A stretch of DNA of 64,000 nucleotides from Spirochaetia bacterium. GTDB lineage: Bacteria > Spirochaetota > Spirochaetia > UBA9216. Positions within the stretch are counted from its first letter, which is position 1, and the number at the start of each line of letters is the position of its first letter. A program made the position numbers and the translations under genes. Positions 21,804 to 31,736 of the stretch are shown in pieces. Under the pieces are notes generated by a model. That model worked only from the letters and a program-made list of their open reading frames with translations, made no database searches and was not told where the DNA came from. The stretch spans positions 192,001-256,000 of the forward strand of contig CAXXYH010000003.1 in assembly GCA_963677925.2 (NCBI GenBank), written 5' to 3'.

Positions 21804-22695
21804 GTTTAAAACGCTCAGGCAGAGGTGCTCTGAAAACAGATTCTTTAAACTTCCCATCCTCTGGCACTCTGATTCTGAGTCTATAAGCATGGAGTGACAG
21901 ACCGAAGCCGAAGGGATCCTTTCTCGAAGAATAAATCGGGTCTCCGCATATCGGTGTGCCCATACTCTTCATATGAACACGCAATTGATGTGTACGTCCG
22001 GTTTTGGGATAAAGTGCTACAAATGAGTATTGGTCAAATACTTTCAGGACCCTGTATTCAGTATGGGCCTCACGCCCGGAATCAGTCCTGACAGTCATTT
22101 TTTTTCTATCGTTCCGATCCCTGTTTATCAGTGTTTTAATTTCACCTTTAACAGCGGGAAGTCTTCCGTGAATGACAGCAAGGTATGTTTTTCTTGCTCT
22201 TCTTTCACGAAACTCATCAGAGAGAAAATGCATTGATGAAGTATTTTTAGCAGTAATAAGGATACCCGAGGTATCCTTATCAAGCCGATGCACTATTCCG
22301 GGTCTTGTATCATCTTCAGTGAAATCACTCTCAGCTTTACACAAATAATACTTCAACCCCTGTGCAAGCGTACCAGTATAATTACCGGCAGCAGGATGCA
22401 CCACCATACCTGAAGGCTTGTTTATTACTATCACATTCTCATTTTCATAGACGATATCAAAATCAATTTTTTCTGCCTTGATTTCTGTAGACACCTCATC
22501 GGCGATTTCATAGGAAATCAAATCTCCAGACTGAACTTTCCGGGATAATTTAATATCCCTGCCATTACACTTAAGATTTTCAAGTCTGTTTTTAAGGCTG
22601 CTTCTGCTGAGATTTTTATCGAGATCTGTAATAAGAATATCGACTCTTTCAGGTCTGCTGATATCCGGAACTCTAAAATTGAAGGATTTACTCAT
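21772..22695 (-). CDS. rluD: RluA-family pseudouridine synthase (RluD-like, with S4 domain)
   Basis: INKPSGMVVHP, RPGIVHRLDKDTSG, TGRTHQLRVH, GDPIY. Start taken at ATG 22695. Confidence 0.88.
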   Translation of the reverse strand: MSKSFNFRVPDISRPERVDILITDLDKNLSRSSLKNRLENLKCNGRDIKLSRKVQSGDLISYEIADEVSTEIKAEKIDFDIVYENENVIVINKPSGMVVHPAAGNYTGTLAQGLKYYLCKAESDFTEDDTRPGIVHRLDKDTSGILITAKNTSSMHFLSDEFRERRARKTYLAVIHGRLPAVKGEIKTLINRDRNDRKKMTVRTDSGREAHTEYRVLKVFDQYSFVALYPKTGRTHQLRVHMKSMGTPICGDPIYSSRKDPFGFGLSLHAYRLRIRVPEDGKFKESVFRAPLPERFKLILKDLSKRD

Positions 22696-23110
22696 CTTTC
22701 TCAAATAATCCGATGATAAAATCAGCAAGGGCTGCTGTTGCGGACAGCCCGAGACTTATAATCATAATCTGCATATTTTCATCATTGCTAAGGTCAGTCG
22801 ACGATAAAAAACTGCTGAACGCATCTGCACCTGAATCACTGTTGTCGGTTACAGTTCTGTACACATTATACCCAAGGCTGGACAGAAGCACAGAAAGCGG
22901 GATTGTTCCTGCAAAAATAATTTCCGCTCTTCTCAGTTCATTAAGCCAGCCCGGAAACTCTTCATCAGAATAAGCTTCAGGCTCCTGTTCCTGGTCCTGT
23001 TCAGAAATCATTTCATCGCTGTCATCAATACTTGCACATGACAGGAAGTTAATGCTTAATACAGATATTATCAGAAGTAAAACGGTTGTTTTTTTTAATA
23101 ATAAACTCAT
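22688..23110 (-). CDS. hypothetical membrane protein / putative lipoprotein
   Basis: Signal ending FLSC (lipobox-like), acidic linker, two hydrophobic helices (LRRAEIIFAGTIP..). Confidence 0.7.
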   Translation of the reverse strand: MSLLLKKTTVLLLIISVLSINFLSCASIDDSDEMISEQDQEQEPEAYSDEEFPGWLNELRRAEIIFAGTIPLSVLLSSLGYNVYRTVTDNSDSGADAFSSFLSSTDLSNDENMQIMIISLGLSATAALADFIIGLFEKDE

Positions 23111-23118
23111 AAAGTATA

Positions 23119-23820
23119 TTACCGGCCTCCGAAGATCGCAGTCCCAACCCTGATAAGGGTGCTGCCTTCTTCAATGGCAATCCTGAAGTCAGAAGACATT
23201 CCCATTGAAAGTGTATCAAAAGCATCAAGATTAATTTGAGTTTTTATTTTCTCATAATATTCATACAGTGTTCTGAAAGATTTTCTTACTGCTGCCTGCT
23301 CATGAGTAAAAGGTGCAATAGTCATAAGTCCTCTGATATTAAGCATCTCAAGCCCAAGATAATCTTCAATATCAGACAGTACAGATTCAAAACTGTGATA
23401 ACCGTCTTTTGAATATTCACCGGATGTATTAATCTCAATAAGATAATCAATTTTTCTGCCGGCTGATAAAGCCTTTTTATTCAGCTCTTTAGCAGTATTG
23501 AGTTTATCAATCGACTGAACACAGTCAACATTCTCTGCTGCGGCTTTCGCCTTATTACTCTGAAGATGACCAATCATATGAAGTTCAAGATCCGCCGGAA
23601 GTAAAGGCTTTTTTTCGATTATTTCCTGGATTCTGTTTTCACCGAAAAGCCGGTGTCCTGCCTGATATGCAGCAAGCAGATCTTCAACAGGTTTTGTTTT
23701 GGAAACCGCCATCAATCTGATCTCAGATGGTTTCCGTCCTGCTCCGTCAGCTGCTTTTGAAATATCGTCATTAATCTTTTCAATTTTGTTTTTTATGTCT
23801 ATGGCTCTGTCGTTCAGCAT
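23119..23820 (-). CDS. yggS: YggS family pyridoxal phosphate homeostasis protein
   Basis: AVSKTKP, FGENRIQE, HMIGHLQSNK, LSMGMSSD, RVGTAIFG. Confidence 0.96.
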   Translation of the reverse strand: MLNDRAIDIKNKIEKINDDISKAADGAGRKPSEIRLMAVSKTKPVEDLLAAYQAGHRLFGENRIQEIIEKKPLLPADLELHMIGHLQSNKAKAAAENVDCVQSIDKLNTAKELNKKALSAGRKIDYLIEINTSGEYSKDGYHSFESVLSDIEDYLGLEMLNIRGLMTIAPFTHEQAAVRKSFRTLYEYYEKIKTQINLDAFDTLSMGMSSDFRIAIEEGSTLIRVGTAIFGGR

Positions 23821-23962
23821 ATGTTTATTCTATTCGTATTTTAATCTAATTACAATATTAAGTACAAATGCAGAAAATCTAATTTTGATTTTGAATGGAC
23901 AACATTCTATGTATTGATATAATAATTCCATTATTGACATTAAAAATATAACGGGATTTAAA

Positions 23963-24790
23963 ATGAAAAAACTTTTACTTATTTTTGTATCTTTTATCTT
24001 TATTAACTCTGCAGTATTCTGCCAATCACAAAAAACAATAACAATTATCGATTTCCAGACCAGCAACGTTTCAGAACAGGAAATGAATCTGATAGTTGAT
24101 TTACTTAATATAACTATTAATCGCTATGACTATTTTACAGTTATAGACCGGAACATGAGAGAGTCGGCACTTTACGGTACATCTTACACAAATCAGGAAT
24201 GTACTGATGATACATGTGCAATAGAAATTGCAAGGCTTATTTCTGCGGACGAAGTTATTACCGGAAGCCTTGGAAGTGTGGGAAGCCGTTATATTCTAAC
24301 GATGAAACTTGTAAATGTTGCTGATATTGAAATAATTAAGGATACATCCGGGGTTTTTGACAGTCTTGATGAGCTCGTAGATAACTGCAGTTTGCTTGCA
24401 GGGGAACTTTTAAATCAGAATCAAAGCCAGGCTTCCTCAAGCGGTTCTCAAAACCCTGCTGACACTTCTTCAGCTTATGTAAAAAGGTATTTCTGGGGTG
24501 AGGGAGATGAAAAAGTCCAGCTTACTAAAACAATGTATAACAGGGCAAAAAGAAACCAGTACACCCGAATCGGCATGTGGGGCTGCTACAGCGTCGGAAT
24601 TGCCTGTACAGCTGCAGATATCGGAATACTTCTTCTAGCGGGTGGAAGTCTTGGCGATCTTAATGAAATTGAGATGGTTTTAATGTCTTACGGCATTATC
24701 TACGGACTGCTCGGCTACATTGGAGGTGCAGTTCTTCAGTGGGGAATAGAAGAAATTTATGATGTAGACGGGAATCTGACTGATTTTTAA
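23963..24790 (+). CDS. secreted CsgG/TolB-N-like domain protein with C-terminal hydrophobic segments
   Basis: Signal peptide; ITIIDF, VIDR, CTDDTCAIEIARLISADEVITGSLG..G.RY.LT.KLV pattern. Confidence 0.7.
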   Translation: MKKLLLIFVSFIFINSAVFCQSQKTITIIDFQTSNVSEQEMNLIVDLLNITINRYDYFTVIDRNMRESALYGTSYTNQECTDDTCAIEIARLISADEVITGSLGSVGSRYILTMKLVNVADIEIIKDTSGVFDSLDELVDNCSLLAGELLNQNQSQASSSGSQNPADTSSAYVKRYFWGEGDEKVQLTKTMYNRAKRNQYTRIGMWGCYSVGIACTAADIGILLLAGGSLGDLNEIEMVLMSYGIIYGLLGYIGGAVLQWGIEEIYDVDGNLTDF

Positions 24791-24809
24791 TTGTCTAAAT
24801 CAATTGAAT

Positions 24810-24839
24810 AAAAAAAAGGACTACCTGTTAAGGTAGTCC
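24810..24839 (-). terminator. intrinsic terminator downstream of tRNA-Val
   Basis: GGACTACCT-TAAC-AGGTAGTCC hairpin followed by a T run on the minus strand. Confidence 0.8.
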
Positions 24840-24842
24840 ACA

Positions 24843-24915
<73 letters not shown>

Positions 24916-24933
24916 GTGCTCGTTGCGAGAATG

Positions 24934-24963
24934 AAAATAGCATAGTATCCATTTTTTTGTCAA
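24934..24963 (-). promoter_or_regulatory. putative sigma70 promoter of tRNA-Val
   Basis: TTGACA-18 nt-TATTTT with TG extension, ~20 nt upstream of the tRNA. Confidence 0.45.
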
Positions 24964-25053
24964 TAAGATTACAGAAATTATTTATAAAATATTGTTTTTA
25001 CATCCTCTTTAAAAAAAATAATGATCTGTGATATTATGCGCGCGGAGACAATA

Positions 25054-27087
25054 ATGACAGCAGAGAACATGAGAAATATCGGTATAATGGCACACATTGA
25101 TGCCGGAAAAACGACAACAACAGAGCGAATACTCTTTTATACCGGGAAAAGCCACCGTATAGGTGAAGTAGATGACGGTGAAGCTACAATGGACTGGATG
25201 GAGCAGGAACAGAACCGGGGCATCACCATCGTATCAGCAGCCACAACATGTTTCTGGAAGGATAAGCAGATAAATATTATCGACACTCCGGGTCATGTTG
25301 ATTTTACCGCTGAAGTTGAACGCTCTCTACGTGTTCTAGACGGTGCTGTAGCCATTTTCTGTGCTGTCGGCGGTGTTGAGCCGCAGTCTGAAACTGTGTG
25401 GCATCAGGCTGACACCTACAATGTTTCCAGAATTGCCTATATCAACAAGATGGACCGTATAGGTGCAGATTTTTTTGATGTACTTACTGAAATTGAAGAA
25501 AAACTGGGAGCTGTCCCGGTACCATTGTATCTGCCCATCGGAGCAGAGTCCGGCTTTAAGGGGATTATAGATCTTCTCAATATGAGAGAAATATACTGGC
25601 CTGAAGATCCGGCAGCAGAACTGATATACAAAGAGATCTCTCCTGAAAATACAGAACTGGCTTCAGAGTGGAGAGAGAAGCTTATAGATAAACTCGGTGA
25701 AGTAAGCGATGAGGTAACCGAGCTATATCTTGAAGGCGAGGATATTCCTGTTGAACTTATTAATAAAGTGTTAAGGAAGGTAGTTCTTGATCAGAGTTTT
25801 CTGCCCGTTTTTGTTGGAGCTTCCTTAAGGAATATCGGAGTACAGCCTCTGCTTGACGGTATTGTCGAATATCTCCCTGCTCCAGGGGATCTTCCAGCGA
25901 TAACCGGCCATTCCGTCAAAAACGAAAGCGAAGTAACAGTTGACCGAAGTGATGACGGGAATCCGCTTGCCCTCGTTTTTAAGATTCAGAATGATCGTGA
26001 AGCCGGTCCTATGTGTTATGTCCGCGTTTATTCCGGAGTTATCAAAAAAGGTACTGCAGTCTACAATATGAACAAACGTAAAAGAGAGCGTATAAACCGT
26101 ATTTTACGTATGCATTCAAATACTTCCGAAGACCTGTCATCTCTTGCAGCCGGAGAAATCGGTGTAATAATCGGTATGAAAGATGCTCAGACAGGAGACA
26201 CCATAGGAAGCGAGGGGCATCAGGTTCTGCTGGAAAACCTGCATTTCCCTGAACCTGTAATTTCTGTCGCAATTGAACCGAAATCCATGTCTGATATGGA
26301 CAAACTGAAAAAGACCCTGGACAACCTTACAAGGGAAGACCCGACCTTCATAGTTAAAGAAAATGAGGAAACCGGACAGCTTGTTATATCAGGAATGGGA
26401 GAGCTGCATCTTGATGTTCTTGTTACGAGAATAGTAGATGACTATAGAGTTGCTGCCAAAATCGGTAATCCTCAGGTATCTTACAGAGAAACAATTACAC
26501 AGGAATATATTCATACCGAAAAATTCCATAAGGTTATGGCCGGTAAAGATAATACAGCAGAACTTACCATAAGGGTTAAACCCTCTGAACGCGGAGCCGG
26601 CAACCAGTTCTCCAGCCTTGTTACAGAAAAAAATCTGCCCCGTGAATATCTTGATGCCATCCGTCGCGGAATTGAAAATTCCTTTTCAGGCGGTATCATG
26701 TACGGATACCCCGGTATTGATGTAAGTGTAGTGCTTGAATCTGCCGTATACAATGAAATGACATCTACAGCCTTTGCCTTTGAGGCTGCAGCAGCTATGG
26801 GTTTTGATGAAGCCTGCCGAAATGCTGGCCCCGTCCTTCTTGAGCCAGTCATGAAAGTAGGTATCCTCTGCCCGAAAGACTACATTGGAGAGGTAATAAA
26901 CAATGTGACAGTCCGCGGCGGAATAGTGCACAGCCTTGAAAGCCGTACCGCTATTGAACATCTTAATGTTGAAGCGCCTCTTTCAAAGATGTTCGGGTAC
27001 TCAACAGTACTTCGAAGCCTTACTCAGGGTCGAGGCACTTTCTCTATGGAATTCAGCCACTTTGCACCCAAGGAAGGGGGAATATAA
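25054..27087 (+). CDS. fusA: elongation factor G paralogue, spirochaete EF-G2 / ribosome-recycling type
   Basis: Canonical G domain ([26 protein letters not shown]), but domain IV lacks KQSGG.GQY and H.VDSS (has KVMAGKDNT and YNEMTST). Start ATG 25054 after GGAG. Confidence 0.9.
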   Translation: MTAENMRNIGIMAHIDAGKTTTTERILFYTGKSHRIGEVDDGEATMDWMEQEQNRGITIVSAATTCFWKDKQINIIDTPGHVDFTAEVERSLRVLDGAVAIFCAVGGVEPQSETVWHQADTYNVSRIAYINKMDRIGADFFDVLTEIEEKLGAVPVPLYLPIGAESGFKGIIDLLNMREIYWPEDPAAELIYKEISPENTELASEWREKLIDKLGEVSDEVTELYLEGEDIPVELINKVLRKVVLDQSFLPVFVGASLRNIGVQPLLDGIVEYLPAPGDLPAITGHSVKNESEVTVDRSDDGNPLALVFKIQNDREAGPMCYVRVYSGVIKKGTAVYNMNKRKRERINRILRMHSNTSEDLSSLAAGEIGVIIGMKDAQTGDTIGSEGHQVLLENLHFPEPVISVAIEPKSMSDMDKLKKTLDNLTREDPTFIVKENEETGQLVISGMGELHLDVLVTRIVDDYRVAAKIGNPQVSYRETITQEYIHTEKFHKVMAGKDNTAELTIRVKPSERGAGNQFSSLVTEKNLPREYLDAIRRGIENSFSGGIMYGYPGIDVSVVLESAVYNEMTSTAFAFEAAAAMGFDEACRNAGPVLLEPVMKVGILCPKDYIGEVINNVTVRGGIVHSLESRTAIEHLNVEAPLSKMFGYSTVLRSLTQGRGTFSMEFSHFAPKEGGI

Positions 27088-27146
27088 TCTCGATAAAATC
27101 GAGATTATATTCTGAATAAAACGTGATAAGAATCACGTTTTATTCA
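27080..27146. repeat. two abutting perfect 15-bp inverted repeats
   Basis: GAATATAATCTCGAT-aaa-ATCGAGATTATATTC (27080-27112) immediately followed by TGAATAAAACGTGAT-aaga-ATCACGTTTTATTCA (27113-27146). Confidence 0.9.
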
Positions 27147-27282
27147 TGGAATATTTTTCAAATAAGATTAACCCAGTGATTTAATAAATGTGACAGATCA
27201 CATATTCTTTCGTGGAATATTTTTTCACTACGATTTAATTAACAGAGTTTTAACACCCGCCTCACCGTCTTCTAATTAATTC

Positions 27283-27311
27283 TTGACGGCTGAAAAAATC
27301 ACGTCTATAGT
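27283..27311 (+). promoter_or_regulatory. sigma70 promoter of the second EF-G gene
   Basis: TTGACG-17 nt-TATAGT, followed by AAGGAG SD and ATG 27343. Confidence 0.7.
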
Positions 27312-27342
27312 TAATTATCCAACCTCACAACAAGGAGCAAAC

Positions 27343-29421
27343 ATGAGTTTCCCAACAAATGCCATCAGAAACATTGCACTCGCCGGTCATGGCAGTACAG
27401 GAAAAACAACCGTGGTTGAGCAGATGCTCTTTAACGGTAACGTTATCTCAAAGGCTGAAAGTGTTGACAACGGGAAAACTGTCAGCGATTTTTCAGAGGA
27501 GGAGATTAATAGAAAAATTTCAATTCACACAAGTCTCTCAAATATTGTCTGGAAAGAAAAACAGATTAATATTCTGGATACTCCCGGTGCTTCAGACTTC
27601 GTAGGTGAAGTAGTTGCAGCATTCCGATCTGCAGAAACCGCTATAATGCTGGTCTCCGCTGATGCAGGAGTTCAGATTGAAACCCTCAAACTCTGGCGAC
27701 GCCTGAATGCGCGCAATAAACCAAGAGTAGCTTTTATCAACAAAATGGATAAGGATCGTGCAGATTTTGATTCCTGCTTTGCTGACCTTAAAGATAAATT
27801 CAAACTTCCGCTTGTTCCTGTAACCATTCCAATTGGATCAGGAAGCAATTATAAAGGTATAATAAACCTTATTGAAAATAAAGCTTATCTCATACCGGAA
27901 GCCGGCGGCAAAGAAAAGGCTACCGATATTCCGGAAGATATGAAAGATATTGTCGAAGAATACCGTCTTCTTACAATTGAATCAGCAGCAGAGGGTGATG
28001 ATGACCTTCTGGAAAAATATTTTGCAGAAGGGACTCTCAGCGAAGATGAAATAAGACACGGCCTGAATGAAGGTCTTGTAAGTAATAAAATTGTTCCCGT
28101 TCTCTGCGGTGCAGCCACAATGAACAGCGGTCTTGCATCCCTGCTTAATTTTATTGCTAATAATGCACCTAATCCTGAAGGTCTTAATGAACCGGCATTA
28201 AATGAGAATGAGGAAGAAGTTGAAGTTAAATATGATGCTTCCAAGCCTGTATCTCTCATGGTTTTTAAAACAACCATTGATCAGTTCTCCGGACGGCTAT
28301 CATATATTAAGGTTATTACCGGTAAATTCAATTCCGAATCTGAAATACATAATGTTAAGGACAATAAAAAGGAAAGAATTTCCAAACTTTACAAGGCTCA
28401 GGGTAAAAAACTGATTGAAGTGAGCGAGTTAATTGCAGGCGACATAGGGATAATGGCTAAAGTTGAAGGCGCAAACACTAATGACACATACTGTGCAGCT
28501 GATATAAAATATCATTTCGTGCCGCTAAAACTCCCCCAGCCTGTTCATTCTGTTGCAATATCAGCTGAGAGTAAAAAAGAAGAAGACAAGCTCAATCAGT
28601 TCCTTCACAAGGCTGCTGATCAGGATCTTACATTTCAGATTAAATACAATACGGAAACAAAAGAAACTGTTGTTTCCTGTATGGGTGAACTTCAGCTTAA
28701 TATCGTTCTGGATAATGTTCGCGATAAGGGCAAGGTTGCTGTTGAAATCAGAAAACCAAGGATAGCTTATCGGGAATCGATAACAAAACCTGCAAACGCT
28801 GAATATACCCATAAAAAACAGTCCGGAGGACATGGTCAGTACGGCCGTGTTGTAATGGAAATCAAGCCTATTGAACGCGGTGAATACATGCGTTTTGAAA
28901 ACGCAATCAAAGGCGGATCAATTTCAAAAGGATATATGCCTGGAATTGAAAAAGGTATTCTTGAGGCGATGGAGGAAGGTTTTCTTGCCGGCTACCCTGT
29001 AGTAGATCTTGAAGCAAGAATTATCGACGGTAAAGAGCATCCTGTAGATTCTTCGGAAATGGCTTTCAAACTTGCAGGAAAGGGCGCGCTTAAAGCCGCT
29101 TTTGAAAAAGCCGGAGTCAAACTTCTTGAACCAATAATGAATCTTAAAGTTTTCTGTGAAGAACAGTATATGGGCGACATATTATCGGATCTCAGCTCAA
29201 AACGCGGAAAGGTATCAGGACAGGAACCTCTTGGAGGCGGAATTCTTGAAATAGATGCTCAGGTACCTCAGGGTGAAATGCTGAACTACTCTGTAGATTT
29301 ACGCTCCATAACTTCCGGTACCGCTTCATTCGAAATGGAGTTCGATCACTACACTCCAATTTCCGGACCTATTGCTGATAAGGTAATCGCAGAATCAAAG
29401 GCGCACAAAGAAGAGGAATAA
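27343..29421 (+). CDS. fusA: elongation factor G-like protein, EF-G II type
   Basis: Divergent G domain (GHGSTGKTT, RKISI, DTPGASDF) with canonical domain IV (HKKQSGGHGQYG, HPVDSSEMAF). Start ATG 27343 after AAGGAG. Confidence 0.9.
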   Translation: MSFPTNAIRNIALAGHGSTGKTTVVEQMLFNGNVISKAESVDNGKTVSDFSEEEINRKISIHTSLSNIVWKEKQINILDTPGASDFVGEVVAAFRSAETAIMLVSADAGVQIETLKLWRRLNARNKPRVAFINKMDKDRADFDSCFADLKDKFKLPLVPVTIPIGSGSNYKGIINLIENKAYLIPEAGGKEKATDIPEDMKDIVEEYRLLTIESAAEGDDDLLEKYFAEGTLSEDEIRHGLNEGLVSNKIVPVLCGAATMNSGLASLLNFIANNAPNPEGLNEPALNENEEEVEVKYDASKPVSLMVFKTTIDQFSGRLSYIKVITGKFNSESEIHNVKDNKKERISKLYKAQGKKLIEVSELIAGDIGIMAKVEGANTNDTYCAADIKYHFVPLKLPQPVHSVAISAESKKEEDKLNQFLHKAADQDLTFQIKYNTETKETVVSCMGELQLNIVLDNVRDKGKVAVEIRKPRIAYRESITKPANAEYTHKKQSGGHGQYGRVVMEIKPIERGEYMRFENAIKGGSISKGYMPGIEKGILEAMEEGFLAGYPVVDLEARIIDGKEHPVDSSEMAFKLAGKGALKAAFEKAGVKLLEPIMNLKVFCEEQYMGDILSDLSSKRGKVSGQEPLGGGILEIDAQVPQGEMLNYSVDLRSITSGTASFEMEFDHYTPISGPIADKVIAESKAHKEEE

Positions 29422-29452
29422 CAGCCTTCCTTTTATAGTTACAGTAATTATT

Positions 29453-29488
29453 GCAGGATAGAACAATTGTTCTATCCTGCTTTTTTTT
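29453..29488 (+). terminator. terminator between convergent EF-G II and pdhC
   Basis: Perfect 28-bp palindrome GCAGGATAGAACAATTGTTCTATCCTGC followed by T8. Confidence 0.8.
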
Positions 29489-30737
29489 AAAGCAATGCTT
29501 CTACCGGGGATTCAAGCATTGACTTGAGATCTGCCAGAAATGCCGCTCCATCTGCACCATCTATAACCCTGTGATCACAGGACAGGGACAGTTTCATCAT
29601 TGGTTTTATTGTAATTATATCCTCGCCTACTTCATCCTGAACGACAACCGGTTTCTTTATTATCGCTCCGATTGCAAGAATAGAAGCTCCGGGCGGATTT
29701 ATAATTGCTGTAAAATTCTCAATACCAAAACCTCCAAGATTACTTATGCTGAATCCTGCTCCTGAATACTCTTCAGGCTTGATAGTACCGCTTTTAGCAC
29801 GATCTGCAAGTCTTTTAAACTCAGAATCGATTTCCAGTATTCCCATCCTGTCTGTATTTTTTATAACAGGAGCAATAAGCCCCTGGTCAAGAGCGACGGC
29901 AAATCCAACATTAACTGCTCCAAACTGAATAATAGAATCACCGTTCCAGCTGCTGTTTATAACAGGATGCCGTTTTAAAGCTGCTGCGGCAATTTTAATT
30001 ATAAAAGAATTCATGGAAATTTTATTCCCGATTTTACGGTTAATTTCAGCACGGGCCTCTGTCAGTGCAGTCATATCTACAGAAACATTCAGATAGTAAT
30101 GCGGCGCAGAAAACTTGGACTCTGCAAGCCGGCGTGCAATTACCGATCGCATACCTGAAACAGGAATTTCTTTATCTGAATCCTGTGCTGCAATATAATT
30201 TCCTGCCGGAGCAGCTGCTCCGCCTTCCAGAACCGATTCAATATCACGTTTTATAATTCTTCCGTCTGTGCCGCTGCCGGTTACCGACCTGATTGGAATT
30301 CCGTGTTCCGAAGCAATCTTTTTGGCAAGAGGCGAAATTCTTATCCGTTTCCCGTCTGCAGCCACGTCACTCGCATATTTTTTTTCTGAGACCGGTTTAT
30401 CGTCCGTAGTCTTCACAGAAGGAGCAGTCTTATCTTCCGCAGCTGCGGCCTTCTTTGAAACTTCAGTCTTTTTCGTATCACTGATTTCTACAGTTTCACC
30501 TTCCTCGCCGTAATAGGCAATTACATCACCTACTTCAGCGGAACTGCCTTCAGGAAGAACAATTTTCAGTATATATGCATCGAAGTCGGATTCATAATCC
30601 ATAACTGCCTTATCTGTTTCCACTTCACATATTACATCACCGCTTTTTACAGCATCGCCCTCTTTTTTATTCCAGCTGACTATTCTGCCTTTCTCCATTG
30701 TAGGAGAAAGCGCCGCCATAAATAATTTTTCTGCCAT
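29487..30737 (-). CDS. pdhC: pyruvate dehydrogenase E2, dihydrolipoamide acetyltransferase (one lipoyl domain)
   Basis: ALSPTM, VETDKA lipoyl Lys, ISPLAKKIA E3-binding domain, SCDHRVIDGA. Confidence 0.95.
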   Translation of the reverse strand: MAEKLFMAALSPTMEKGRIVSWNKKEGDAVKSGDVICEVETDKAVMDYESDFDAYILKIVLPEGSSAEVGDVIAYYGEEGETVEISDTKKTEVSKKAAAAEDKTAPSVKTTDDKPVSEKKYASDVAADGKRIRISPLAKKIASEHGIPIRSVTGSGTDGRIIKRDIESVLEGGAAAPAGNYIAAQDSDKEIPVSGMRSVIARRLAESKFSAPHYYLNVSVDMTALTEARAEINRKIGNKISMNSFIIKIAAAALKRHPVINSSWNGDSIIQFGAVNVGFAVALDQGLIAPVIKNTDRMGILEIDSEFKRLADRAKSGTIKPEEYSGAGFSISNLGGFGIENFTAIINPPGASILAIGAIIKKPVVVQDEVGEDIITIKPMMKLSLSCDHRVIDGADGAAFLADLKSMLESPVEALL

Positions 30738-30751
30738 TCTGCTTCCTCCGT

Positions 30752-31726
30752 TTAAATATAGAGTATTTTCTCTGCACCCTTGATTATTTTATCTGTGGTT
30801 ATACACACATTTTTTTCCAGCTCCCTGTTATAAGGCATGGGAACATCTTCCATTGCAACCAGTTCAGGCGGTGCATCAAGAAAATCAAAAGCTTTTGAAG
30901 TTATTATCGAACATACTGAATGTCCTACACTTGCAAAGGGCCATGCCTCTTCAACCATTAAAAACCTGTTTGTTTTACGTACCGACTGAAGAATTGTCTC
31001 CTCATCCAGCGGACGCAGAGACCTTAAATCAATAACCTCTACACTTATTCCCCGCTCTTCAAGCCTTTCAGCTGCCTCTTCTACCAGCCTCATCGGTTTT
31101 GAAAAACTGGCGATGGTGATATCATTTCCTGCAGTTCGTACAACTGCCTTATCAATAGGCTCAAGATATTCTTCTTCAGGAACTTCGCCCTTCCATGAAT
31201 ACATCATTTCGGCTTCAAGAAAAATAACCGGATTATCATCCCTTATGGCAGTCTTAAGCATACCCTTCGCGTCATGACAGGTTGATGGAGCACATACCTT
31301 AAGCCCCGGAATATGGGCATAAATCGACTGGAATGCCTGACTGTGCTGTGAAGCCAGAAACTCGGCAGGACCGTTTGGGCCTCTCATGACCATGGGCATG
31401 CTGAACTGTCCGCCTGACATATATCTTGTTTTCGCCGCATTATTGATCACCTGATCATATGCCATCAAAGAAAAATTAAGCGTCATCCACTCAACAATAG
31501 GCCTTAAACCGGCCATGGCGGCACCTACGGCAAGTCCTGTAAATCCTTCTTCCGAAATAGGAGTATCGATGACCCTCTCAGGGCCGAACTCATCAAGCAT
31601 ACCCTGAGTTACCTTATAAGCGCCGTCGTACTGCGCAACTTCCTCACCTAAAATGAATACATCTGGATCGTGTCTCATTTCTTCACTCATAGCCTGATTC
31701 AGCGCTTCTCTGAAAGTAATTTCCAT
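30752..31726 (-). CDS. pdhB: pyruvate dehydrogenase E1 beta subunit
   Basis: GEEVAQY.GAYKVT, DTPISE, SQHSQ, DLRSLRPLD. Start ATG 31726 after GAGGAGG. Confidence 0.95.
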   Translation of the reverse strand: MEITFREALNQAMSEEMRHDPDVFILGEEVAQYDGAYKVTQGMLDEFGPERVIDTPISEEGFTGLAVGAAMAGLRPIVEWMTLNFSLMAYDQVINNAAKTRYMSGGQFSMPMVMRGPNGPAEFLASQHSQAFQSIYAHIPGLKVCAPSTCHDAKGMLKTAIRDDNPVIFLEAEMMYSWKGEVPEEEYLEPIDKAVVRTAGNDITIASFSKPMRLVEEAAERLEERGISVEVIDLRSLRPLDEETILQSVRKTNRFLMVEEAWPFASVGHSVCSIITSKAFDFLDAPPELVAMEDVPMPYNRELEKNVCITTDKIIKGAEKILYI

Positions 31727-31736
31727 TTCAACCTCC

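Noticed and set aside
27080-27227. CRISPR array or IS ends
   Set aside because: Only 2-3 non-identical units, no regular unique spacers, and no cas or transposase gene nearby.
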